NCBI GenBank assembly: GCA_021791515.1
Contig: JAJYWK010000008.1
Coordinates: 1 to 41,050, forward strand
Length of the DNA: 41,050 bases
Reading direction: 5' to 3'
DNA from: a bacterium
GTDB lineage: Bacteria > Patescibacteriota > Doudnabacteria > UBA920
Shown: positions 9,336-17,280 of the stretch, piece after piece
How positions within the stretch are numbered: the first letter of the stretch is position 1
Layout of the letters: every line of letters begins with the position of its first letter
The notes under the pieces: generated by a model
Told to the model about the DNA's origin: nothing
Database searches by the model: none
What the model saw: the letters and a program-made list of their open reading frames with translations, nothing else
Position numbers and translations under genes: made by a program

Positions 9336-9932
9336 ATGAAAATATTCAGAATAAATTCGCTCGCGGCTTTTTTAGTTGCGGTGATGGGATTAGTGTCGGC
9401 TGGCACGGCTTTCGCTTCTTCCCCCCATGTGCTGGACCAGAGTGACACCTATGTCTATTCCGGTGGGTCATTTACCTACGCCTCCAGTTGCGGTGGCCGC
9501 GGGGATTGTCTGTATGGGCTGAACGTCAGCGAGACAGCCGGTTGCTACGACAAGAGTACGCCTGGATCGGGTTGTGATTCCAGCCGTACCAGGTGGCGTC
9601 AGTGGAGTTTTTGGGACCAATACAACGCTGTCCATGGCTATTATGACTACCATGCCTGGGACCCCTCAATTGCGTATGTATTCATCCCATCAAACCACGC
9701 CACGGCGGACGGAAGGTATATCGAGAACTTTTACTACTACGACGCCCAGCTTTGTTCCCAGCTTTGCACTGTGCAACAATATACCTATATTAACCAGTAC
9801 TCGTATTCTGATGCATGGGTGCCGACGCCTTGGAACTCGCGGCAAGTTAACTGGATATACCTAAGTAACGCCAATGACCAGACCAGCAACTGGTACAATA
9901 CCGGCTGGGAAGCCGCAAAAATAGTGTACTAA
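9336..9932 (+). CDS. Secreted Cys/Tyr/Trp-rich protein, golvesin/Xly-CBD-like beta-sandwich
   Basis: Signal peptide ending in AFA; YVFIPSNHATADGRY..YINQYSYSDAWV..IYLSN..GWEAAKI; six Cys. Confidence 0.5.
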   Translation: MKIFRINSLAAFLVAVMGLVSAGTAFASSPHVLDQSDTYVYSGGSFTYASSCGGRGDCLYGLNVSETAGCYDKSTPGSGCDSSRTRWRQWSFWDQYNAVHGYYDYHAWDPSIAYVFIPSNHATADGRYIENFYYYDAQLCSQLCTVQQYTYINQYSYSDAWVPTPWNSRQVNWIYLSNANDQTSNWYNTGWEAAKIVY

Positions 9933-9948
9933 TTTTGTCTTTCTGACA

Positions 9949-9991
9949 AAAAAGAAGAGGCCTTTTCCAATCAAAGGGCCTCCCCCGTAAC
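9949..9991. repeat. Hairpin repeat copy 1 (partner at 11327-11370)
   Basis: aaaaagaagaggcc-ttttccaatcaaag-ggcctcccccgtaac. Confidence 0.85.
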
Positions 9992-10093
9992 GCTTGGGTT
10001 ATAACCCACAGCACACTAAGGTCTTTGAGCATAAATAAAAAACCTTGGTCACAGTTAGTAACTGCAAAACTTAAAATTAAAAGTCATAAATAT

Positions 10094-10657
10094 ATGCGAA
10101 AATTACTGAGCATCAAAAAATCTTTCGCTCTCTTCGCATTGACACTGGCAATAGCCTTGGCCTCACAATCCGTTCCAACCGTTTCGCGTGCTTATGTGTA
10201 TAACGGATACCACTGGCCAAGTTATCCTGTTAGTGTCGATGTAAGCGATGCGAGCTTACCCTTTTCCTGGATATCTCCCATCTCCAGCGCAATGAGCGCA
10301 TGGAATGGGGCTTCCTCGCCATTTTATTTCAACTCCGGACAATCCGGTCATAAAATGTTGACTGCCAATAAGGGAGCAAACAATACGCCCGGCATCACAC
10401 GTACAGACGCTACAGGATATAATATTACCGACAATGACACAACGTTCAATACGTACTATTCCTGGGCGACAAACGGCGATCCATATTCTTACGATATCCA
10501 AAGCGTAGCTACCCACGAGCTTGGCCATTGGCTAAACTTGGCAGATAAAGATAGTGGTTATTATGACACTATGTATGGTGGAGTATCTACCGGAGAAACT
10601 TGGAAGCGTACCCTAGAGTCAGATGACCTTGCGGGAATCAATTACATCTACCCGTAA
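10094..10657 (+). CDS. Secreted matrixin-family (M10-like metzincin) zinc metalloprotease
   Basis: Signal peptide; AMSAWNG, YDIQSVATHELGHWLNLAD, Met-turn DTMYG, LESDDLAGINYIYP. Confidence 0.85.
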   Translation: MRKLLSIKKSFALFALTLAIALASQSVPTVSRAYVYNGYHWPSYPVSVDVSDASLPFSWISPISSAMSAWNGASSPFYFNSGQSGHKMLTANKGANNTPGITRTDATGYNITDNDTTFNTYYSWATNGDPYSYDIQSVATHELGHWLNLADKDSGYYDTMYGGVSTGETWKRTLESDDLAGINYIYP

Positions 10658-10697
10658 GGCGTCTGGTGGCATAAAATTAATTAACTAAGAAAAGACT

Positions 10698-11288
10698 ATG
10701 AACAAGAAAATTGCATTATTTGCACTTGCCGTTGTAGTCGCCGGATCTGCGGGATCATTCTTCTGGTCGCGTAACCATGTTAATGGGAATCAGGAAAGAA
10801 CTGTTACTACCCTGCATTCCATTTATGGCAAGACGACTCCTGAAGAATTGTTTCAGCTTACGGACGGCATAGTGCTTGGCACAGTAGAGAATCTACAAGT
10901 TGCCAAAATTCCATCCAGGCTTGCCGATGGGAAACAAGATATCGTGACTAACGCCAGCATCCGCGTTGAAAAATATCTAAAAAATCCCAAAAATCTGACG
11001 GCTCCGGAAATTACCGTACAAACCGTTGGTGGAACCCTGGGCAACCAAACTATGTTTTCTGACGACTCTCCCTCCTTTGAGAAAGGCCAGCGCGTCGTAG
11101 TATTCTTGCATCAGGAGCCTGACGGCGTCTTCACTATTTTCAGATGGGGGCAAGGCAAGTACACAGTAAGCGACGACGGCCAAGTCGGCACAGGAAAACA
11201 AGAAACCTCATTCTTCAATAATGTCTTTGGCAAAGACATGACCATTAGCCAGCTTGAAACAGAGATTGCTTCGGCTTCTGCGAAGTAA
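10698..11288 (+). CDS. Membrane-anchored TIMP-like OB-fold protein
   Basis: TM anchor; ELFQLTDGIVLGTV..IRVEKYLK..ITVQTVGG..PSFEKGQRVVVFL..QGKYTV resembles the sdxVfxGxV..vxVxxxxKG..fxxGxxYlvf pattern. Confidence 0.55.
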   Translation: MNKKIALFALAVVVAGSAGSFFWSRNHVNGNQERTVTTLHSIYGKTTPEELFQLTDGIVLGTVENLQVAKIPSRLADGKQDIVTNASIRVEKYLKNPKNLTAPEITVQTVGGTLGNQTMFSDDSPSFEKGQRVVVFLHQEPDGVFTIFRWGQGKYTVSDDGQVGTGKQETSFFNNVFGKDMTISQLETEIASASAK

Positions 11289-11326
11289 AAAAGTCAAATT
11301 GGTTATGGTTACGGGAAAAGACTAAT

Positions 11327-11370
11327 AAAAAGAAGAGGCCTCTTCAAACCGAAGGGGCCTCCCCCGTAAC
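11327..11370. repeat. Hairpin repeat copy 2
   Basis: aaaaagaagaggcc-tcttcaaaccgaagg-ggcctcccccgtaac. Confidence 0.85.
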
Positions 11371-11395
11371 ACCATTATACATCTTCAACAAATCT

Positions 11396-11677
11396 ATGCA
11401 AAACCAACCTTTTGTTAAAGTCCCACTGGATAAAACCCAGACATTTCTAAAAAAGTTTTTGGATCAAACGGATTTTTATTGCCCATTTTGTGGTCAAATA
11501 CTGAAGGAATACAAATCCAATTCCGACAAAGAAACCTGCAAATGTAAAAATTGCAAATCCATTTTTAAAAGCCCCGAAATCTGGTTTACGGAAGAGTTCG
11601 TTAAAAGATATAAGGAACAGATGGAAATTACTTTCTTTAAAAAGACCACCGTAACCATAACGCCGATTGAGGAATAG
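11396..11677 (+). CDS. Small zinc-ribbon protein
   Basis: YCPFCG..CKCKNCK. Confidence 0.6.
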   Translation: MQNQPFVKVPLDKTQTFLKKFLDQTDFYCPFCGQILKEYKSNSDKETCKCKNCKSIFKSPEIWFTEEFVKRYKEQMEITFFKKTTVTITPIEE

Positions 11678-11681
11678 CAAT

Positions 11682-11990
11682 ATGCAAATCCACACAAACC
11701 CGGAGGTGGAAAAATTTATATACTCCCTTGAAAAACAGACCATAGCCAAAACCCTAAGGACAATAGATTTGCTGGAAAGGTTTGGTTTTAATCTTTCCAT
11801 GCCCCATAGCAAAAAGGTAACTGATAATATTTTTGAATTAAGGGTAAGGGGCCAGCAGGAAGTCAGGATATTTTATTGTTTCTACAAAGACCAGATACAT
11901 TTGCTATCGGGTTTTGTTAAAAAATCCCAGAAGACTCCCCCAAAAGAACTCCTAAAGGCCGGTAATAAATACAAGGCTTTAACGTCTTGA
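11682..11990 (+). CDS. higB: RelE/ParE-family toxin (HigB/Gp49-like)
   Basis: LSMPHSKKV..IFELRVRG..RIFY..LLSGFVKKSQKTPPKEL; toxin precedes antitoxin. Confidence 0.88.
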   Translation: MQIHTNPEVEKFIYSLEKQTIAKTLRTIDLLERFGFNLSMPHSKKVTDNIFELRVRGQQEVRIFYCFYKDQIHLLSGFVKKSQKTPPKELLKAGNKYKALTS

Positions 11991-12015
11991 CAGAATATAA
12001 CCTATAGAGTATATT
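11987..12015 (+). promoter_or_regulatory. Internal antitoxin promoter with palindromic operator
   Basis: TTGACA-17 nt-TATATT; near-palindrome aatataac-ctatag-agtatatt overlaps the spacer. Confidence 0.6.
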
Positions 12016-12050
12016 ATATTTAGGCAGATATTAACCCTAAAGGAGCATTT

Positions 12051-12323
12051 ATGAGCAGCTATAAAAACTTTAAAAAGAAACTTTTAAAAGACAAGGAAAT
12101 TAAAAAGGTCTACAAAGACCTGGGGCCGGAATTTGCAGTAGTCGAAATGATTATTGAAAAGCGACTCAAGGAAGGATTGACCCAGAAAGAACTCGCCGTA
12201 AAAGCCAACACTAAACAACCGGTAATCTCCCGCCTGGAGCGCGGCGACTTTAGCCCTTCCCTGCAATTCCTTTATCGGCTGACTGAAGCACTGGGGGCAA
12301 AACTTGAAGTCTCTATTTCTTAG
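12051..12323 (+). CDS. higA: XRE-HTH antitoxin (HigA-like)
   Basis: RLKEGLTQKELAVKANTKQPVISRLERG..PSLQFLYRLTEALG; SD aaggag upstream. Confidence 0.88.
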   Translation: MSSYKNFKKKLLKDKEIKKVYKDLGPEFAVVEMIIEKRLKEGLTQKELAVKANTKQPVISRLERGDFSPSLQFLYRLTEALGAKLEVSIS

Positions 12324-12331
12324 CAACACAT

Positions 12332-12365
12332 AAAAAGAAGCTAACATTACTGATAGCTTCTTTTT
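12332..12365. terminator. Bidirectional intrinsic terminator
   Basis: aaaaagaagcta-N10-tagcttcttttt. Confidence 0.75.
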
Positions 12366-12491
12366 ATAAGCCTACTTTAAGTAGGATGTAAAAATTGGGA
12401 GTATATTCCTAATTTTTACATTTTTCCAAATTAAGGCTAAAGTAAGCTATAATTTTTTGGTAAAATTTCACGACCTTTTCTGCTTAAATAG

Positions 12492-12545
12492 GCTAACTTT
12501 ATAAAGTTAGCAACTTTTGACAAACTTTATAAAGTTTGATAATAT
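12492..12545 (+). promoter_or_regulatory. fic promoter with two palindromic operators
   Basis: gctaactttataaagttagc (12492-12511) and caaactttataaagtttg (12521-12538) share core aactttataaagtt; TTGACA at 12517-12522. Confidence 0.75.
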
Positions 12546-12577
12546 GCCGTTATAGGCTTATAAAACGTTAAAATATT

Positions 12578-13510
12578 ATGACAACGCGCCAAAAACTTGA
12601 AATTATCCAAAAGTCCTCTGGCCTGACCCAGACCCAGCTGGCCGGGCGTTTTGGCGTATCCTTTGTGGCTTTTAACGGTTGGTGGACAGGAAAAGCTACT
12701 CCAAGGCCAAAGATGCAGGCCGCCATTGACGAGCTATTTTTGGAAGTCACCGGCCAAAAAGTTATTCCTGCTGATTTCCTTACTGCCAAAAAACAGTCCT
12801 TAAAAGAAAAGGCCAAAAGCCACAAGAGTATTGTTACCGAAATTATCCAAAACCCCGACATCCGCGACCAGTTCATGCTTAAGCTTACCTACAACTCCAA
12901 TCGTATGGAAGGTAGTACGCTTAGTGAGCCGGACACTGCCGCCATTCTTTTTGACAATGTTGCCCTCCCGAATAAAAGCCTGACCGAACAACTGGAAGCC
13001 AAAAACCACCAGACCGCCCTGCAATACTTGTTTGACTATGTATCTAAAAACGAACCTCTTAACGAAGATTTGATCCTGAAACTTCACAGCATTCTGATGA
13101 ACGGCGTATATCCTGAAGCCGGATTTTACCGCAGGCATGGCGTCAGGATTACCGGTGTTAATTTAGCTACGGCTAACTATTTAAAATTGCCGGATCTTAT
13201 GCCAGCTCTTGCCAAAGATTTAGGTAAGCCAAATAAAGATATTGTCGCTGCCGCGGCTTCCATCCATGCCCGCTTTGAACACATCCACCCCTTCCCCGAT
13301 GGCAACGGGCGCGTTGGCCGCCTGCTCATGAACGCCATGCTGCTTAAAGACAACTTCCCGCCTGCGGTTATTCGCCAGGAACACAAACGCCTGTACAATA
13401 CCTACCTCTATAAGGCCCAAACCAAAGACGACAACAGCCAGCTGGAAGACTTTATCTGCGACGCGATTTCAGACGGCTTCCGGATATTGGAACGTCAGGA
13501 ACTTAAATAA
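12578..13510 (+). CDS. fic: HTH-Fic family AMPylase with internal inhibitory helix
   Basis: N-terminal HTH (LTQTQLAGRFGVSF); SNRMEG fits (S/T)xxxE(G/N); catalytic HPFPDGNGRVGR. Confidence 0.92.
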   Translation: MTTRQKLEIIQKSSGLTQTQLAGRFGVSFVAFNGWWTGKATPRPKMQAAIDELFLEVTGQKVIPADFLTAKKQSLKEKAKSHKSIVTEIIQNPDIRDQFMLKLTYNSNRMEGSTLSEPDTAAILFDNVALPNKSLTEQLEAKNHQTALQYLFDYVSKNEPLNEDLILKLHSILMNGVYPEAGFYRRHGVRITGVNLATANYLKLPDLMPALAKDLGKPNKDIVAAAASIHARFEHIHPFPDGNGRVGRLLMNAMLLKDNFPPAVIRQEHKRLYNTYLYKAQTKDDNSQLEDFICDAISDGFRILERQELK

Positions 13511-13520
13511 GGCTCGAGCT

Positions 13521-13566
13521 TGTAGCCTAAACATGTGAACATTTAACATGTTTAGGCTACATTTTT
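13521..13566 (+). terminator. 16-bp perfect inverted repeat plus U-tract after fic
   Basis: tgtagcctaaacatgt-N9-acatgtttaggctaca-ttttt. Confidence 0.7.
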
Positions 13567-13595
13567 GGGATATCTCTCCAATCGTAAAGTTACAT

Positions 13596-13635
13596 AAAAA
13601 GCCGGGAACCTCTAGCTTGAGCTCCCGGCTTTTTT
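13596..13635. terminator. Bidirectional terminator between convergent genes
   Basis: aaaaagccggga-N15-tcccggctttttt. Confidence 0.75.
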
Positions 13636-13644
13636 GTTGATAAC

Positions 13645-14097
13645 TTATCTTTCGCCGTTTAACAATCTCTCAAAGGCTTCGAGATTGCCCAAAGCGTCAT
13701 GAACAGGATTGTGGTCATGCTCGGTAACCCGCAACTTCTTCCAGCTTTGGGTATCCGTAAAATTCCCTACCAAGCCAGCATAGAAGTCGCTAATCCGCCG
13801 CGCGGAATGACCGAAAGGATTAGCTCCTAAAAATAAATGAAAGTAGTAGTTTATGAACTGCCAGTCATAGGCTGGATTGTCGCTCATAAACAGCGGCCGC
13901 CAGCCGGGTACACAGACTTGCTTAATCCAATTGTCAAACTTTGTAAATGTTTCCTTAGTCGCTCCGACCCCGTGAAAAGTAGCCCGACCAGGATAACTCA
14001 CCGCGCCAAATTCAAATAGCTTGTCGTCGTTAAGGGTGGGCGCTGGCCCATGACCTTCGCAGTCAACAAAGATTAAATTTTTTAAATCAGTCTCCAT
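13645..14097 (-). CDS. DEDDh 3'-5' exoribonuclease (Rv2179c/RNase AS-like)
   Basis: IFVDCEGHGP, SDNPAYDWQFINYYF, NPFGHSARRI, HDHNPVHDALGN. Confidence 0.8.
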   Translation of the reverse strand: METDLKNLIFVDCEGHGPAPTLNDDKLFEFGAVSYPGRATFHGVGATKETFTKFDNWIKQVCVPGWRPLFMSDNPAYDWQFINYYFHLFLGANPFGHSARRISDFYAGLVGNFTDTQSWKKLRVTEHDHNPVHDALGNLEAFERLLNGER

Positions 14098-14308
14098 AAA
14101 AATTAAAACCTCCGGGTCCTGTTACAGCAGCCGGAGGGGGTTAGCAGTTTTAGCTCACAAGAATAAAGACGGCTTATCTCCAGCCTTTGTTACAATAGCA
14201 TCCTGTCAAAATATTCACAACTTCAGCTTGCAGGGCCAAACTAGTTTTTATTTTGAAATATTATCCCTATTGTATAAAACCATTTTATAAATTCCGCTTA
14301 AAATGACC

Positions 14309-14338
14309 TTGCCAGCTTATAACACGGCAAGATATAAT
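14309..14338 (+). promoter_or_regulatory. Sigma70-type promoter for the portal/structural operon
   Basis: TTGCCA-18 nt-TATAAT. Confidence 0.6.
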
Positions 14339-14391
14339 ATGGACAAGTTGATAGTCTAGCCTGACGGCGTTCCATTTTAGGAACTAAAAGT

Positions 14392-14463
14392 ACGGGGCTG
14401 CAATTTTTGTTCTCAACCATTTTTGTATTTGGTTTGAGGGCTAAAATTGCAGCCCTGTTTTTT
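14392..14463 (+). terminator. Long hairpin plus U-tract in the portal leader (attenuator-like)
   Basis: gggctgcaatttt (14395-14407) pairs with aaaattgcagccc (14443-14455); inner gttctcaa/ttgagggc; followed by tttttt. Confidence 0.65.
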
Positions 14464-14477
14464 GTTTGTCTTTTTTT

Positions 14478-16373
14478 ATGGCGGAATCAAATCCCGAAAA
14501 AGAATCATCAAAGGAAAAAAATTCGGAAGCATTAATCTCCGGACAATATTCGCCGTCCGCGGACGAACAAGCGCTCATTGAAAAATGGAAAAAACGATTT
14601 AACCGCGCCGATGAATTCCTGCGCCCCTACCGCGCCAAGTGGCTGAGAATGTACAAGCTCTACCGCGCATACCAGGAAAAATCCAATTATGCCTACCAGA
14701 CGAGGCTGATGCCGCCCATAGCGTTTCAGATTGTGGAAACCGTAGTGTCCAGAATCGCGGTGGCCAAGCGCAAGACGCGAGTGCTGCCGAGGGACAGGAA
14801 AGACGCGGAGTCCAAAGCTATCCAGTCCTGGGACGATTTGGTCAATTACGACTTCGACGCCATACGCTTGCAGAAAAAAATGCCGAGGTGGTTGAGATCG
14901 ACATCGACCTACGGCAACGGCATAGCCAAAATTACGTGGTGCGTGGACGAGACGGCCGGATACGACGACCCATTCATGGTCATTTGCGATCTGTGGGACA
15001 TCCTCCCCGCTCCGGAAACCGAAGACTTGCAGGAGGACTGCCCGTGGTTAATTCACCGCATTACCAAATTAAAGGATCAGCTTGAGCGGGAGGAAAAAGC
15101 GCGGGGCGATAATCCGATTTACAAGAATCTGGAATTTGTCCAGCCGACGCAGGTGGAAGACTGGAAAAAAGAACGGTATGAAATCAACCAGAAAAAGATT
15201 GGCCAGATCCAGACTACAAAATCTAAAGAAACTTCAGGCGGCACGATTAAAGTGGTCGGTGAAAAATACGAAAAAGAAAAGCAACTGGAGCTGTGGGAAT
15301 GCTGGGACTTTGAAGAAGGAAAACTCGTAACCATCGCCAACCGCGAAGTCCTGATTCGCAACGACGCCAACCCATACCAGAAAGTCAACAACGGCCGCAT
15401 CTTCATAAACCTTCCCGATCACGAACTGAACTGGGAATTCTGGGCCGTAGGGCATATTGAGCCGGTGGAAACGGTAATTGTGGAAATCGCCGATCTGCGC
15501 AACCAGCGCATGGACGACGTGATCCTGATGCTGGACCCGGTAATCAAAATTCGTAAGGACGCGGGTATTTCCAAAAACGACATCGTATTCGCCCCAGGTG
15601 CCAAGTGGGAACTTCGCAAAATGGACGACGTGGTGGTGGAAAAACTTCCCGACGTAAACTTCTCCGGTATCAACGAGGAAAAAATGCTCAGGGATGAAAT
15701 AGAACGGACGCTGGCAATTTCCGAATACAGCCAGGGCATGCCAAAGTCGGCAACCGAACCATTGGGCAAAGTAGCCATGCTCATAAGCCAGGGCAACCTA
15801 AGACTTAGCTCGCTGGCGCAAAATCTGGCAGACGCCTTAAGCCAGCTCGCCAACATCCTCATAGACATGAACCGGGAATTCCTGGGAGAAGACAAACTGT
15901 ACCGCGTTGTGGGCGACCAGGTCAGCTTTAGGGAATTTAAAGCCTCGGACAAGGAAGTAAAAGTGGACGCCATAGTCGAGGTTGAACCTGTGGTTCCGCC
16001 GGACCAGGACACCAGGCTTAACCAGGCCATGCTGCTGTATACCAAGTTCGTGGCCGAAGACAAACCTGACGGCAGCGACCAAGCCGAAGTAACGGCGTGG
16101 AAAAGACGCAAGCGGTTTATACAGGAACTGATGCTGGATGAACTGGGAAAGTCCGCCTATAAAAATATTCTGCTCGGCGGCGATGAGCCTGCTGTGGAAA
16201 AGCCGCAAACCTCGCCCACTCCCCCAAAGTCACCAGAGCCGTTGCCCGTGCCCGTTCCACAGCTGGCTGCGGAAACCACTCCGGCCCAGGCACCAGGATT
16301 TTTCCAAAAATTACTTTCAAAACTTCCAGTTATCGGAAATAAATTTAAATCTAACAAGCAGGTAAAAAAATAA
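14478..16373 (+). CDS. Portal protein (P22-like)
   Basis: RAKWLRMYKLY, YGNGIAKITW, IADLRNQRMDDV, LAISEYSQG, ATE pattern; about 630 aa; first gene of the head operon. Confidence 0.85.
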   Translation: MAESNPEKESSKEKNSEALISGQYSPSADEQALIEKWKKRFNRADEFLRPYRAKWLRMYKLYRAYQEKSNYAYQTRLMPPIAFQIVETVVSRIAVAKRKTRVLPRDRKDAESKAIQSWDDLVNYDFDAIRLQKKMPRWLRSTSTYGNGIAKITWCVDETAGYDDPFMVICDLWDILPAPETEDLQEDCPWLIHRITKLKDQLEREEKARGDNPIYKNLEFVQPTQVEDWKKERYEINQKKIGQIQTTKSKETSGGTIKVVGEKYEKEKQLELWECWDFEEGKLVTIANREVLIRNDANPYQKVNNGRIFINLPDHELNWEFWAVGHIEPVETVIVEIADLRNQRMDDVILMLDPVIKIRKDAGISKNDIVFAPGAKWELRKMDDVVVEKLPDVNFSGINEEKMLRDEIERTLAISEYSQGMPKSATEPLGKVAMLISQGNLRLSSLAQNLADALSQLANILIDMNREFLGEDKLYRVVGDQVSFREFKASDKEVKVDAIVEVEPVVPPDQDTRLNQAMLLYTKFVAEDKPDGSDQAEVTAWKRRKRFIQELMLDELGKSAYKNILLGGDEPAVEKPQTSPTPPKSPEPLPVPVPQLAAETTPAQAPGFFQKLLSKLPVIGNKFKSNKQVKK

Positions 16374-16375
16374 CT

Positions 16376-16570
16376 ATGCCAAAAAATACTGAAAATCAAA
16401 TTACTCCCAAAACAGCCACGGTGATAAGCAAGACCATGAGCGGCAACGACTTCCTGGTCACCTGCCAGGAAAGCCAGGGCTGCGTCCATACCTTCCAGCT
16501 GAAAAAAGAAGATTCCACGCAGCTCGATCTGGGCAACAAAATCAAAATAATCATTCAAAAGGTCGATTAA
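16376..16570 (+). CDS. Hypothetical protein
   Basis: 64 aa in operon spacing. Confidence 0.55.
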   Translation: MPKNTENQITPKTATVISKTMSGNDFLVTCQESQGCVHTFQLKKEDSTQLDLGNKIKIIIQKVD

Positions 16571-16590
16571 CAAATAATCAAATAATTTTT

Positions 16591-16971
16591 ATGACAAAAA
16601 AGAAACCAGAAATAAAGCAGCCGGCAGACCAGCAGCCTGATGACGCGAACGATCAAAACGACCAGACTGGCAAAATAGGACTCAAACAGCAAAAAGAAAA
16701 AGAAACCGACGTGAAAAAGCAGGCTAGATGGCAAAAAGTTGTGGCAATATTCGACGAAGCCCAGGCGGCGTACATGGCGGGCAGCGGTTTTGGAGAAGTA
16801 ATCGCAACCCTGCTGGAAACTCTAAAAAACCTGGGTAAGAGTGAAGTTCCGCAGGCTTTAGGAGGCTTAGGCATTAACGACGGACCGGAAATGGATTTGC
16901 CCGCCCAGGAGCCTCCGGCCGACGATCAGGCGGGCGAACCCGCTCCCGAAGACCAAGGAGGACAGCAGTAA
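16591..16971 (+). CDS. Hypothetical phage protein
   Basis: 126 aa with low-complexity termini. Confidence 0.6.
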   Translation: MTKKKPEIKQPADQQPDDANDQNDQTGKIGLKQQKEKETDVKKQARWQKVVAIFDEAQAAYMAGSGFGEVIATLLETLKNLGKSEVPQALGGLGINDGPEMDLPAQEPPADDQAGEPAPEDQGGQQ

Positions 16972-16973
16972 TC

Positions 16974-17252
16974 ATGGATGGGAATGATGAGGAAAAATTC
17001 AGTGCCGGACTTTCCGTATTGGAAATGACCAGAACCGCCGGTTGGCACTGGCTGGAAGCAGAAATCCGCAAGGAATTGGATATTGAGCTTAACGATCTTC
17101 AAAATTTCAGCCTAGAGAATTTGGGAACCGAACAGATCGCTGCCGCATACCTAGAACACCGGGCCAACGCGGCAGCTTATCAAAAAATTCTAAACATGGT
17201 CCGGTCTGCCATTGACGAAAAAGACTCGGTGGCCGGTGTCATGAATCATTAA
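16974..17252 (+). CDS. Small head-region protein (Bbp19-like)
   Basis: MTRTAGWHWLEAEI; lies between portal and scaffold. Confidence 0.55.
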   Translation: MDGNDEEKFSAGLSVLEMTRTAGWHWLEAEIRKELDIELNDLQNFSLENLGTEQIAAAYLEHRANAAAYQKILNMVRSAIDEKDSVAGVMNH

Positions 17253-17280
17253 ATAAAAATATTAATTCAATTTTTTACTT

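Noticed and set aside
9949-11370. CRISPR array or integron attC sites
   Set aside because: Only two copies 1.4 kb apart, no proper RYYYAAC/GTTRRRY boxes, and no cas or intI gene.
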